Below, piece by piece: positions 1 to 13,403 of a stretch of DNA of 64,000 bases. The notes below the pieces were generated by a model. The model was not told where the DNA came from, made no database searches, and was given only the letters and a program-made list of their open reading frames with translations. Within the stretch, counting starts at the first letter, position 1. The number at the start of each line of letters is the position of its first letter. Made by a program: the position numbers and the translations under genes. Origin of the DNA: Octopus sinensis (lineage: Eukaryota); NCBI RefSeq assembly GCF_006345805.1, contig NC_043017.1:19468001-19532000 (forward strand), given 5' to 3'.

Positions 1-1627
1 TGTTTTGGAACGCAAAATAAGAACAGTGATTCTTGGAATTCAAGACAGAGGCTTCCTGCAGTTTCTCTGCACAAATGCTATTTATTTCCTTGCTCTACAC
101 TGCAACCACGACCATGACAACCACCACCGATACCAGCACCGCCGCCATTTAATAATCTATCAATGCAACTAACGAAAAAATATGACCTCACCTTCCTTTG
201 CTTCTTATTTAAACACATCCTGTTAATAATATAGATTTTATTTTAGATTATAATGTTAAAAATTTAATATATTTTTAATATTCAATTTGGAGCTAGGTAC
301 ATATTTTCTTTAACACACACACACGCACATGTACAGTATGGGAATATATCGACACATGGCGGAGGCAATGATGTGTAGATCCTATATTTTAAAGGATATT
401 TTCGTACTTAATAAAAACCTATTACTGAAACCTTATACTCGGATATATCTATGAGCACACACTGATTAGGCAAGGTGGGTAGTGAGTGTGTGTGTGTGTG
501 TGTGTGTGGATGTCTATATGCTTGTGTATACACACACACACATATATATAAGGAGAGAGAGAAGGAAATATATACATGTATATACATATATATAGATATA
601 CACACCTATATACACATTTAAATATACCTGCATATACACGCATGCACTCAAACACAAAGAATGACACACACGCACACACACACATATATATATACAAATA
701 CACACACACATACAAACACAAAAATAATATTTGGCTAAAAGCAGTTCTTATACCTCTATTATTACTGCTGCTACTGCTGCTACTACTACTACTACTATTT
801 TATATTTATACTTATTATCATTATTAGTGTTTTTTTTTTCTTCCTAATTTTATTTTATTTTTCCTTCTCCCTTCTACATAGTTTATTGATCTTTGAAAGC
901 AGGGGGTATGTCATTTTAGCACAGTTAGCAACGTATTAGATTCCGCAGAAACAAAACTCTGTATCTATCAATAGAACAAAAAAAAAGTAAAAAAAAAGAA
1001 TTTTTAAAAGTTATCTTTGGGAGCAAGGGTAAAAACAGCCCCCCACCAGCCCTCACACCTCATCCTAAAAAACAGGGGATAAAGGTTTACTATAAAGCAG
1101 TCGTAGTAAAAACATTTCGGCATCTAGATAATATTTCTCAGGTTTCTTCTACAGACTGGAGAATTCAGAGTTGAGTTTGTTTCTTTACTCTTGTGTAAAA
1201 TTCCAGAATGACTCACCTAAGTTACAACAAAACGGAGAATTTGGTTTTCCAACCATGTGCTTTTTGGTTCAATCCCAATGTGCGGAACCTTGAGCCAGTG
1301 TCTTTGGTATGTAAAAAAGCACCATTCGGGCATGGTTGATGTCAGTGTTGCTTGAGTGGCACACACGACGGTAGCACATAAAAGGCACTGGTGCCACTTA
1401 AAAAGCACCCAGTACACTGAGTTGATGTTAGGAAGGGCATTGGGCCATAGAAATCATGCTAAAACAGACAAAATGGAGCCTGGTGCAGCTCTCTGGCTTG
1501 CCAGCTCCTGTCAAACCATCCAACCCATGCCAGCATGAAAAACGGATGTTAAATGATGATAATGGTAATGATGATGGTGTGTGTGTGTCTGTGAGTGATG
1601 CCTTGTCTTGACAAGATGTGGTACTAA

Positions 1628-1861
1628 GGCGGCGAGCTGGCAGAAACGTTAGCACGCCGGGCGAAATGCTGAGAGGTATTCCGACTGCCGTTACGTTCTG
1701 AGTTCAAATTCCGCCGAGGTCGACTTTGCCTTTCATCCTTTCGGGGTCGATAAATTAAGTACCAGTTTCGCACTGGGGTCGATATAATCGACTTAATCCC
1801 TTTGTCTGTCCTTGTTTGTCCCCTCTATGTTTAGCCCCTTGTGGGCAATAAAGAAATAAGA
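1628..1861 (+). mobile_element. tRNA-derived SINE family B, young copy
   Basis: A/B boxes (ggcgagctggcagaa; gagttcaaattcc) then gcctttcatcctttcggggtcgataaattaagtacc, resembling the Meta/Sauria-SINE central domain from memory. Confidence 0.85.
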
Positions 1862-2184
1862 TGTGGAACTTGTAAACGAGCATCATCAAAGAAGTGGTGG
1901 CCTTTGTTTTCCATCATCCATGAAAATATGTCTGGCCATGGGGAAATACTATCTTATTTGGAAGCAAGGAATGGCAACAGGACGGGCATTGGGCCATTGA
2001 AAATCTGCCTCAACAATTTCCATTCGATCCACGCAAATATGGGCATTAAAATGAGCAAAGATGATGGTGATGATGATGATGGTGGTGATGATGATGATCA
2101 ATCACCTCTGTCAACTCACAACCCTCCTTTAGTTCTTTGTTTTCTTTCCCTTTTTTTTATATACCTATTTAATAAAGAAGGTGT

Positions 2185-2407
2185 ACTTATTTCTTTACTA
2201 CCCACAAGGGGCTAAACACAGAGAGGACAAATGGATTAAGTCGATTATATCAACCCCAGTGCGTAACTGGTACTTATTTAATCGACCCCGAAAGGATGAA
2301 AGGCAAAGTCAACCTCAGCGGAATTGGAACTCAGAACATAGCGGCAGACGAAATACTGCTAAGCATTTCGCCCGGCGTGCTAACGTTTCTGCCAGCTCAC
2401 CACCTTG
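2185..2407 (-). mobile_element. SINE family B with 13-bp TSD
   Basis: Reverse complement of 1628-1861; TSD ataaagaaggtgt at 2172-2184 and 2408-2420. Confidence 0.9.
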
Positions 2408-3122
2408 ATAAAGAAGGTGTGCCACTGGCACAAAGTTAGGAATTTCAGGAATGGAAAGACAGCTCTGGTGGCAGGACAAGATGACCAAAGCTGCTGCTTC
2501 ACAAGAAATGCAAAAAGAAGCAGCAACAGCTTCAATGCCACTATGACTGTGCAGGCATTTACATTGCTAGAAAGAGCAGTAAAATCTTCCTCAAAATCAT
2601 ACCTCATTTTTGTTTGTATTAGAGTGAGAAAAAGGGGAGAGAGAGAAAAGTAAGAAACTCATTGGATTTGATCCTAGATCATAGGATTTCTCAATTTGAA
2701 CTGATTTGAGATGAAACAATAACACCACCACCACCATCATCATCATCATCACCACTGCCATTTCCATAATGATGACAGCAGGGATTATGATGATGTTGGT
2801 GATGGCAAAAGTAGTGGTGGTGATGATGCCGACAGTCTAGTTTAAGGCACACCTCAAAATTTAAGCCCCCTAACACACACCGTCATGTCACCATGACCAC
2901 GCCCATACCCAGACTCACTCCCACCCACATTACATCCTGAATTTCGCTTTAGTTACTACAGCTGACATCCTATCCTCAAGGAGTTTCATCTTCCCATCCA
3001 TTTAATGCTACACAGTGCAGAACTAAGCACTGATTCAATGAGGGGAAGGGTACCCCTTAACCCTGCTCTACCGTAGCCTCTCAAACACATTTATATCTTA
3101 TTATCAGAAGGATTCTTTTATT

Positions 3123-3508
3123 CTTTTACTTGTTTCAGTCATTTGACTGCGGCCATTCTAGAGCACTGCCTTTAATCGAGCAAATCGATCCCGGGACTTA
3201 TTCTTTGTAAGCCTAGTACTTATTCTATCGGTCTCTTTTGCCGAACCGCTATGTTACAGGGACGTAAACACTCCAGCATAGCTTGTCAAGCGATGTTGGG
3301 GAGACAAACACAGACACACAAATATACACACACACACATAGATATATATATGACAGGCTTCTTTCAGTTTCTGTCTACCAAATCCATTCACAAGGCTTTG
3401 GTCAGCCTGAGGCTATAGTAGAAGACACTTGCCCAAAATGCCACATAGTGGGACTGAACCCGGAACCATGTGGTTGGCAAGCAAGCTACTTACCACACAG
3501 CCACTCAT
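3123..3508 (-). mobile_element. tRNA/CORE-like SINE family C
   Basis: Head ggctgtgtggtaag...gggttcagtccc, CORE-like ttgggcaagtgtctt, internal TA/TG tract, (agtaaa)n tail. Confidence 0.85.
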
Positions 3509-4855
3509 GTGATATTTCTGGGGTTTTTTTTCTGTTAAAACGTGATATATATTCTTCGTGAGTAAATACTGAGTAAATCTATATTGAATGATATGTCATT
3601 GTAAGATCCAAGGATCAAGGTTGCTTCTGAGAGGACCCTATGGATGAGGTGCCAGAGGGCTCTACTCCAACAACCCTCCCAGGAATAGAGGGTGGAAGTG
3701 GGGTGGCGTGGGATGTTGGGTTAATAAAATTACCATGAAATGAACTACGTATAAGCTGAGATGGGGACAGATTTGTGATCATATGCCATTGTGAGAAATT
3801 ACTATTATTATTATTTTTAAGACAAGCTGGTAGAATTGGGAGACCATCAGACAAAATGCTATGCAGTATTTCTTCCAACTTTTTACCTTCTGGGTTTAAA
3901 TTCTGTTGAGGCCAACCTTGCTGTGCAATCCTTCTGGGGGTGGATAAAATAACGTACCAGTTATGTACTTGGGTTGATGAATTCAACTTACCCTTCCCCT
4001 CAAAATTGCTGACCTTGTGCCAAAATTTGAAACCAATATATCATCATCATCATCGTTTAGCATCCATTTGATGATGATGATATATTGGTTTCAAATTTTG
4101 GCACAAGGTCAGCAATTTTGAGGGGAAGGGTATGATTATTTTTTTTGGAGGGAGTGGCTAGCAATTCAATACTAAAGAACTGCAGTCTGAAGAGTTCAGT
4201 GTAGTCTTTCATCTTTCTCATTTTTATTTTTATTATAATTATTATTATTATTATTATTATTTTCTATCATTATCATCAGTGCTGCCCCAAAAGATCTGTT
4301 TTCATTTGCACAGCTTATCTTTGTTTAGTCTTCTTAAGTTTCCCTGCTGTCAAACATCCTCTTGCAGCCATGAGACGCTATACAATTACACCAGACCCCG
4401 TTCCACTGTTTGATCTAAGTCTACCTTAGTCTATTACGCAGATAACATAAAGCCTTTCATGATTTCCTTCCCCTCTTTTAGTTTACCTCTCCTGTGCCAA
4501 AGCTGTCTTTGATATTTTAATCCTTTCACAACCAGATCCCGTGAAATACACAAGTCGCATGTTTATGAATTCATTTTGAAAATGATCAAGAATCTGGATG
4601 GTTTAAGTGAAATAACACATTTTGCATCCTATAAAGGTACCAGTTATTATTGTGGGGAAGTAGTAAGTAGGGATAGTTAGATGTGTGGAACTGAGTTTCT
4701 ACATTGGTTGGCATTGTTTATTTTGACTCCTTTCAGTGAGGAAAACATACAAAATATACCAATGTTTGTAGTTATTTCCAAGAGGAAGAAGATTTGACTC
4801 TTTCAGGAAGGAAAACACACACACAATATACTACTGTCCATCAATTTTATATACA

Positions 4856-5241
4856 CTTTACTCTCTCTTTTACTTGTTTCAGTCATTTGACTGCGGCCAT
4901 GCTGGAGCACCGCCTTTAGTCGAGCAAATCGACCCCGGGACTTATTCTTTGTAAGCCCAATACTTATTCTATCCGTCTCTTTTGCTGAACGGCTAAGTGA
5001 CGGGGACGTAAACACACCAGCATCGGTTGTCAAGCAATGCTAGGGGAACAAACACAGACACACACATACATATAAATATATACATATATACGACAGGCTT
5101 CTTTCAGTTTCCGTCTACCAAATCCACTCACAAGGCATTGGTCGGCCTGGGGCTATAGCAGAAGACACTTGCCCAAGGAGCCATGCAGTGGGACTGAACC
5201 CGGAACCATGTGGTTGGTAAGCAAGCTACTAACCACACAGC
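4856..5241 (-). mobile_element. SINE family C, young copy
   Basis: Near-identical to 26912, 37298 and 56368 copies. Confidence 0.88.
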
Positions 5242-6899
5242 TACTGAGGGGATTGCCCATGTTCAGCCCACTGCAGGATGAAGGCCTCTGCATGTTCTTT
5301 CCATCAGAAAATGGCTTGAGATCATTCTGGTTTGATGACCCTACTCTGCCGCACTGGCCCAACATGGCTTGGCAGAGGGATGCAGTCTCTTATACTCATA
5401 CCTGGAGTAGTTAAATTGATTACATCAACCCCTGTACTAAACTGGTACATACTTTCTTGAACCATAAAGGATGAAATGCGAAGTCGACCTCAGCAGAATT
5501 TGAACTCAAAACAAAAAGATGTATGAAATACCACTGAGCATTTCACCCTGTGCGCTAACAATTCTGCCACCTCACCTATGTATGTATATATATACATACA
5601 CACACACACACACATATATATATAGTTCATTGTTCTTTCCAAGGGAAAGATTTTGATTCCTTCATGAAGAAAAACACACAAATCTGACCATATTTATATT
5701 CACATTTTTTTTGGTGCCACATGAAAAGCACTTGTGTCAGTGTCACATGATAAGCACCCAGTACACTCTGTAAAGTGGTTGGCATTAGGAAGGGCATCCA
5801 GTTGTCCAAAACAGACAACTGGAGCTTGGTGCAATCCTCCTGTCAAACTGTCCAACCCATACCAGCATGGAAAACGGACATTAAATGATGATGATATACA
5901 AAGAAAGAGGATGCAGGAAACACATTTGAAGTTAAATTTTGCAGAAGTTGAAATTTTATCAGTTTTTATTTTCTTTTATACTTTTTTCCTAAAGTATAAT
6001 TTTTAAAAAAATAGAAAATTTACTTCTTTAAGAAATAAAAGCACCAAATCACCAAAAAAGTACCAAGTCACCAAACTAACTGTTCACACTAAAAAACAAA
6101 ATAGTAGTAGCACTGACTGTCACGTAATAGTAGTAGTCCAACTGTTTCATTCTCAAAAGATTTATCCAATCAACTCAAAATAAATAAAGAGTTTTTTTTT
6201 TTAAAAAGTCAAATTTTTTTTTTGTTAAAATAAATGAATTTAGCTGAAAAGATTCTTTTTAAACATAACAAAAGGAGCTAATTTAAACAGTTTTCTCCTC
6301 TAGTAGCACCTGAGTCTTTAATTTTAACTTTCGTAAGAAAATTTGGTAAACACGGAATATTTCATTTACACAGAATAGATAAAAGTTTCTAGAATGATAA
6401 CGCACAGCTGTAAATCTTTATCTTTATTTTATGTTTTACATGTTTCAGTCACTGGACTGTGGCCATGCTTGGGCACCACCTTGAAGGGTCCAGTCACAAA
6501 AAAAAAAAAAAAAAAAAAAAAAAATCAAGCCTAGTCCTGATTTTTTCTAACAATCTCTTTTGCCAAACTGCTAAATTAGGGGGATGTAATCAAACCAGTA
6601 CAGGTTGTGAAGCAGTAGTACACAAACACAAAGACACACACACACATATACAGATGCAGGATTGGATGGTTTGCTGGGGCTGGCAAGATGGAAGACTGCA
6701 CCAGACTCCAGTCTGATTCAGCATGGTTTTCTACAGCTGGATGCCCTTCCTAACACCAAGCACTCCGAGAGTATAATGGGTGTTTTATTATGTGCCACCG
6801 GCATGGGTGCCATTTGCGTGACACTGGTATCTGCCACAACTGTGATTTTGCTTGGCTTGATGGGTCTTCTTGTCGGGCATGACATAATGCCAAAGGTCT

Positions 6900-7070
6900 T
6901 GGTTGTTGCCTCCGTGAGGTCCAACACTCGAAAGGAGCTCGGCCACCTTGCCTCCATGAGGCCCAATGCTCAAAAGGAACTCGGCCATCTCGCCTTCGTG
7001 AGGCCTGTTTGAAAGGAACTCAGCCACCTTGCCTCCATGAGGCCCAAACACTCGAGAGGAACTCAGGTTT
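6900..7070. repeat. About 41-bp tandem repeat, about 4 copies
   Basis: Unit ccaacactcgaaaggaactcggccaccttgcctccatgagg. Confidence 0.8.
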
Positions 7071-7573
7071 ATCTGCATCACTATCTGTGTGTGTGTGTGT
7101 GTGTGTGGCTCTCTCTCTATGTGTGTATGTGTTCGTCTTGACATCAAGTGATGGTTGTAAAGTGATGGAGAGAGACAAAGAGGGCGAGAGAAAGAAAAAC
7201 ATAGTAAGAAAGAGGACAAGAAAGATGTATGAAGGAGAGAAAGCGAATAGATAACAAAAAGAATGAAAGAGAGAGAAAGAAAGAGATTGCGAAAGAGAGA
7301 GATAAAGAAAGAAAAAGATTGCAAAAGAGAGGGTGAAAGTATGAGACAAGTGTAGATCCAACAATGCCCACACTGCTGACATAATGATAATAATGTTGGT
7401 TGCACTATAAAGAGTTCTGTTAATGGAGAATGAAGAAAATCTTTTTTTTTTAAAAACCTAACAAAAACACATGAAAAAACATATAATCAAATAAAACAAT
7501 GTCATTATATTTGTCGAGTTAATAGGTGGGGGTGGGGGAGCATGGAGGAAACGAAATGTTTTTTTCTACTTAC

Positions 7574-7730
7574 CAAGACTACCGTGATCCGATGATGCCA
7601 AACTAAGACTGCGGTCAAGAGAATCATTGCTCACTTGGTGATGTAGGGAGGAAGTCGACATATTTAGGTTTTTAGTGGTGACCATTCGAGTTAACCGGTC
7701 ATTGTCCGCTTTCAAAGCACTCATCTCATT
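7574..7730 (-). CDS. NAV2: Neuron navigator coding exon, NEMSALKADNDRLTRMVTTKNLNMSTSSLHHQVSNDSLDRSLSLASSDHGSL
   Basis: cttcag/gtaagt sites; 157 nt, phase 0-1; LKAxNDRL motif. The next exon was not found in 1-7573 and is presumably left of the window. Confidence 0.93.
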
Positions 7731-7740
7731 CTGAAGAGTA

Positions 7741-7986
7741 AATAATAATAATAATAATAATGATAATAATAATAATTAATAATAATAATAATAATTAATA
7801 ATAATAATAATGATGATGATGATGATGATGATAATGATGATGATGATGATGATAATAATAATAATAATGATAATAATAATAATAATAATTAATAATAATA
7901 ATGATAATAATAATAATAATGATAATAATAATAATAATGATAATAATAATAATAATGATAATAATAATAATAATGATAATAATAAT

Positions 7987-8017
<31 letters not shown>

Positions 8018-8018
8018 A

Positions 8019-8049
<31 letters not shown>

Positions 8050-8100
8050 TAATGATGATAATAATAATAATGATAATGATGATGATGATGAAGATGATGA
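7741..8100. repeat. (AAT)n/(GAT)n compound trinucleotide microsatellite, about 360 bp
   Basis: Directly visible, with a stretch of (AAT)5GAT periodicity. Confidence 0.95.
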
Positions 8101-8435
8101 TTTCAAATTTTGGCACAAGGCCAGTGAGTTTGGAGAAAGGGGTAAGTCCATTATATTGACCCTAGTACGCAACTGGTACTCATTTCCTTGATCCTGAAAG
8201 GATGAAAGGCAAAGTTGACCTTGGTGAAATTCAAACTCAGAGTATAAAAGACAGATGAAATGCTGTTAAGAATTTTGCCCAGCATGCTAGCGATTCTGCG
8301 AGCTAGCCATTTTCAAATAACAATAATAATAATAACAATAATAATGCATTTCTTATTTACCACTAAGGGTTCACAAGAAAACATTGGGGATGGTAGGGGA
8401 CAATACAGTGTGGGGTTACATAAATAGAAGCATGT

Positions 8436-8752
8436 TTTGTTTTGTTTGTTTGTTTGTTCCTTCTCGAGCCATGCCTGGCTCATAAGGGCCGGTTTCCCAG
8501 TTTCTTGGCGTATAAGTTGCCCACCTGGACAGGACGCCGGTCCGTCGCAGGTGAGCTGCAAGATGCAGGAGGAAAGAGTGAGAGAAAGTTGTGGCGAAAG
8601 AGTCAGCAGAAGTCTTGCCATTACCTTCTGCTGGAGCCGCGTGGAGCTTAGGTGTTTCACTCATAAACACACACTTCGCCTGCTCTGAGATTCGAACCTG
8701 CGATCCCTCAACCGTGAGTCCGCTGCTCTAACCACTAGGCCATGTGCCTCCA
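8436..8752 (-). mobile_element. tRNA-derived SINE family E with (AAAC)n tail
   Basis: A box TGGCCTAGTGG, B box GGTTCGAATC, non-tRNA body, aaac repeats at the 3' end. Confidence 0.8.
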
Positions 8753-9093
8753 CTCAAATAGAAGCATATAAATGGTAAAAACTATAACATAAATTCTAAC
8801 AAGGAAAAACTCCCCAAACGAGAGGAAACTTCCAAGGGCTGCTGGTGAAAATCCTACAAAACCTGAGGTCATCCTGGTCACTAGTGCAAGTGCCCTCTTC
8901 ACTGTTTTCCTCAATCTACGTGCACATGACAATAATGATGATTATAACAACAACAACAATGGTTTCAAATTTTGGCTCAGAGCTAGCACTTTTTGAGGGG
9001 AAGGGCAAAGTTGATTATAACTGACCCCAGTATTAACAGCAAAATCTTAGCTGGACCCTGGCTGAGAACTACTACTTTAAATAGTCAAAGTTG

Positions 9094-9397
9094 TTAGCCA
9101 TCTCCGACTTATACCAGGGACTACCAAAAGTAACGTTGAAGATGCAGCATAGAAGGACGAGGCTTGCTGGACACTGCATCAGACACACTGATGAAATTGC
9201 TAACAAGCTGGTGCTCTGGCAACCAACGGAAGGAAGAACCAGGAGAGGAAGATGACCTCTATTGACCACTTGCTGGAGGATATTGGTATGGAGGGGGTAC
9301 AGGAGCTGAGGACCATTATGGAAGATCGAGACGGATGGGAAAAATTTGTGGAAACAGTCTTGGGGCATCCTATAGGACGACCTAGATGAGATGAGAT
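9094..9397 (+). mobile_element. RTE-clade LINE 3' fragment (ORF2 C-terminus, stop and frameshift)
   Basis: Translates LAISDLYQGLPKVTLKMQHRRTRLAGHCIRHTDEIANKLVLWQPTEGRTRRGR* then IDHLLEDIGMEGVQELRTIMEDRDGWEKFV; (GATGA)n tail. Confidence 0.8.
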
Positions 9398-9623
9398 TAT
9401 ATAGTCACTCAATCTTCTATAAATAGCAGCTAAATCTTCCCTTATCATCTTATAGACACTTTATAGACAATGTACATGTAGAAACACTACGAGCCAAAAA
9501 ATAAGATGAAACTATTGTGTCTGAAACATTTTTGATCAAAGAACTGGCCTAGTGAAGGGGTGACAAGCAGGAGGAGGAGGAGGAGAGGATAAATTAAACA
9601 ATGATAATAACAACAATACTAAC

Positions 9624-9768
9624 TCTCATTTTATTCATGGTTTCTCGTAATTGCTCGAGTTGATGAGCTGAGGTTAATGCTTCGAGGCGTATATCTGTCA
9701 ACTTCATATCTTTTTCACGGAGTTGTTTGCGCAGTTCACTGACAGTCGAGTCCTCCGATTCGCAAATT
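9624..9768 (-). CDS. NAV2: Neuron navigator coding exon, ICESEDSTVSELRKQLREKDMKLTDIRLEALTSAHQLEQLRETMNKMR
   Basis: gcacag/gttagt sites; 145 nt, phase 2-0; EKDMKLTDIRLEALxSAHQL coiled-coil motif of NAV proteins. Confidence 0.96.
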
Positions 9769-10296
9769 CTGTGCATAAAAAGAAAAATCGTTTTAGGAAG
9801 AGTGGATATTGAAGCGCTTATTAAGCTATAAATAATATCATGTAAAAATTGGATTAAAAAAAACCCCTTTGGATAGAAAAAGTCAAAGGCTGGCCATGGA
9901 ACTTGAACTCACATCACCTGTAAGATATGACATATGTTTTGTCCCTGGACCAAAGCAATCTTTGCAATTTCTCAGGTCATTTTAGAAACTTTTGAGAGAA
10001 CATGGAATAATTCTTTTTTGGAACAATGGATCTCAAAGCAAACATTAAAATATAAATAATGGTGTTCAAATTTTAGCACAAGACCAGCAAGTTCCAGAGA
10101 AGGGGGTAAGCTGATTACATCGCCCCCTGTACTCAACAGATACTTATTTTATCAGCCTTGAAATGATGAAAAGCAAAGTCAACCTCGGTACAATCTGAAT
10201 TCAAAATGTAAAGACAGACAAAATGCTGCTAAGAACTCTGCCGGGTGTGCTAACTATTCTGCGAGGTTGCTGCCGTTAAAATATAAATAATATTAA

Positions 10297-10517
10297 CCCT
10301 TTCGTTACTGTATTTATTTTGAGATGCTTTGTGTTTCTTTCAATTATTTTAAATATAACAAAGAATTTAGTGAATTAACTTCGTTATCATTAAGCTGGTG
10401 TTAGGAACATAAATTGTGACTAAGGTTTGGTGGAAGATTTGAATTCAAAACTTATGAAAACAAGACATTTGTACTAAAGAGCCAGAGCTGGTTTCAGCCG
10501 GGTTGGTAACGAAAGGG
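10297..10517. mobile_element. piggyBac-type MITE (family H1)
   Basis: TTAA TSDs (10293-96, 10518-21); TIR CCCTTTCGTTAC/GTAACGAAAGGG. Decayed copies at 12.4-12.9, 20.5-21.8, 23.6-24.1 and 49.7-50.6 kb. Confidence 0.9.
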
Positions 10518-11149
10518 TTAATCTTAAAAAAATAGTAAGGCCAGCAATCTCGAGGGGGGGGGGGGGGGGTAAGCTGATAACATCAATCCCAGTGTTAAAC
10601 TGGTACTTGTTTTAGCAACCCCGTAAGGATAAAAGGCAAATCGACCTTGGCAGAATTTGAACTCAGAATGTAAAGATAAATATACAAAAAAAAAAAAAGA
10701 AAGAAAATATCAACAGATCAAAGAGTGATATGTTGTTTTTTTTTGTTTTTTTTTTGCGAAGGGAACTACTTAATTTCAAAGAAGCCATACCTGCTCCAGC
10801 CTTAGATTACAAGAGATATACGAGACAAACAAGATAAAGATTTGAGTAATTATGCATGCATGTTGTCAGTAATTAGAAGGATATATATATATACACATAT
10901 ATACATAAATACATATATATACACACACACATATATATGTATATATATATATATTATATACACACACACACATATATATATATACACACACATACATACA
11001 TATATATATATATAAATAATGAGGGTAATTGTTAATGAGAGCTCATTACAGCAATGCTAATAGAATGGTGATAAGGAAGTCTTTGATACAGATGGAATGG
11101 GTGCATTCATGAATAATGATAATTATTATTATTATTATCATTTCTATTC

Positions 11150-11913
11150 TAGGCCCAAGGCCTTGAAAAATTTTTGGGGAAGGAGGCTAGTTGATTACAT
11201 TGACCCCAGTGTGTAACTGGTACTTATTTCATCAACCCTGAAAGGATGAAAGGCAAAGTCGACCTCGGTGGAATTTGAACTCAGAATGTAGTGGCAGATG
11301 AAATACCTCATTTCACCCAATGTGCAAACGATTCTGCCAGCCTACCACCTTAATAATAATAATAATAATAATAATAATGCTTAGTGGTATTTCATCTGCC
11401 ATTACGTTGAGTTCAAATTCCACCAAGGTTACCTTTAATCCTTTCGGGGTTGATTAAATAAGTACCAGTTATGCACTGGAGTCGATGTAATCAATTCCTT
11501 TGTCTGTCCTTGTTTGTCCCCCCTATGGGCAATAAATAAATAATAATAATAGTCCTTTCTACTACAGGCACAAGGCCTGAAATTTGTGCAGAGGGGACCT
11601 AGTACTTGACGGTCTGGTGTGGAAATAGTTAAGAGGAAATTATATGTATGTGTGTGTGCATCTGTGCACACAAACACATATATATATTTCTTTACTACCC
11701 ACAAGGGGCTAAACATAGAGGGGACAAACAAGGACAGACAAAGGGATTAAGTTGATTACATCGATCCCAGTGCGTAACTGGTACTTTATTTATCGACCCC
11801 AAGAGGATGAAAGGCAAAGTCGACCTTGGCGGAATTTGAACTCAGAACGTAACGGCAGACGAAATATGGCTATGCATTTCGCCCGGCATGCTAACGATTC
11901 TGCCAGCTCGCCT
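11150..11913. mobile_element. Cluster of three family B SINEs (-,+,-)
   Basis: Copies at about 11150-11350 (-), 11385-11540 (+), 11690-11913 (-). Confidence 0.8.
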
Positions 11914-12932
11914 TATATATATATATATATATATATATCTCACTTTGCCAGATCAGATTGGAGCTTGGTGCAACCTCCTTCAGTCAAACTGTCCAACCCA
12001 TGCCAGCATGGAAAGCGAACGATAAATGATGATGATGATTGTGATATATACATACATAGGGCATTTGGCTCCTATCCAAAAACGAGGAGAGAGCATATTG
12101 CATAATGTACTCCAAGATACACTACGTCTGAAAATGGGGTGGGGGTGGACAATCATGGCTGAATGCATTTGATCATAGATTTGTTTGATCAGGGCTGATA
12201 ACATATTGATTAATTTGTGCATAGTTTGACTCCTGATTGGAACTGCAGGTCTCAGCATGTGTGTATGTGTGTGTGTGTGTGTGTACAAAAGCTTGCATGT
12301 GCTATTTTTGTGTATTTTTTCAATTTACAAAAAAAACAAAAAAAAAAAACTTTTGTTGTTTTATTTCTGTTGAAATAAAATGTTGTTTCAATTCATTTTG
12401 AAAAAAATGGAAAATTTAGTAAAATGACTTCCTCATTATTAAGGTGTTTTGAAATTTTGAAAGGTTTTAATTAAGATAATTTTAAAACAAGATGTTTGCA
12501 TAAAAGAACCAGAAACAGTCTCAGGTGAGTTGGTACCAAAAGGGTTATTAAGCTGGGAAGTTGGCAAGCACGGAACCAGAAATTTTGGTTTAAATGTTCG
12601 CCATTCTGTAAGAAAGGTTGAGAAGGATTCACTCAACAAATCCTTTTTAACCATTTTGTTACCAAATTTCTGCTAAAACACACTTTTATTTCAATTAATT
12701 TTGAAAATAATGAAGAATTTAATAAAATAACTTTATCAAAATTAACCCGATTTTTGAAAGACAAATTAATAAAAAATTTTGATGGAAGTCTTTTATTTTA
12801 GATCACTTTAAAAACAGGGAAATTTTATCTTAGAGCTTGGGACTCTCACAAGCCTGTGGGTGCCAAAATGGTTAAAGTAAGATTTGATTGAAATTATGGT
12901 AAAAAAACAAAACAAAAAAAACATATACTTAC

Positions 12933-13111
12933 GCTCCAGAAGAATGTGACCCCTTGATAGATCCGGGGCCATTAAGATGAGAAAGTTGTAAAAGAGGAGA
13001 ATTTGGAGCAGAACAATTAGATCTCAGACTAGTGGTATCTGGTTCCACGTCTGACATAGATCCATGTTTGTTCTTTTTGCGAGAGAAGGCTTTACTGAAT
13101 GAACTACGCAG
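12933..13111 (-). CDS. NAV2: Neuron navigator coding exon, LRSSFSKAFSRKKNKHGSMSDVEPDTTSLRSNCSAPNSPLLQLSHLNGPGSIKGSHSSG(A)
   Basis: tttcag/gtaagt sites; 179 nt, phase 0-2; W|LRSSFxKAF is the conserved NAV signature. Confidence 0.95.
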
Positions 13112-13403
13112 CTGAAATAAAAAAGAAAGAAGGAATGAGTGAAAGATAGAGAGAACAAACACAATGGAAAAACGTGTGTGTGTGTGTGTGTGTGTAGATA
13201 TACGACAAGAAATAGGAAGGAGGGCAGTTCTGTTTAAGTGACTAATTCTCCAGGACCAATTCTGGAGAAAGGATCAGGAAACGTTTCTAAAATATATGAG
13301 CATTAATGTTCATGATAGTGCCCTAGTATGGCCACATCTACTGGCAGAAACCAATAACAGAATCAATATGTATGTGTGTGTGTGTGTGTACATGTATATA
13401 CAT

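Noticed and set aside
3615-3986. 123-aa ORF as a navigator exon
   Set aside because: Half of it is a decayed family B SINE; no NAV motifs or fitting splice sites.
4480-4640. Candidate next navigator exon (ctttatag acceptor, gtaaa donor)
   Set aside because: All three frames contain stops and there is no similarity to the expected downstream NAV sequence.
6900-7070. Possible CRISPR-like 41-bp repeats and the 116-aa and 205-aa ORFs over them
   Set aside because: Simple diverged tandem repeat adjoining a SINE; no spacers and no recognisable protein.
8680-8752. tRNA gene (also the tRNA-like heads at 42590-42654 and 19440-19510)
   Set aside because: A and B boxes are present but the acceptor stem does not close and each runs into a SINE body.
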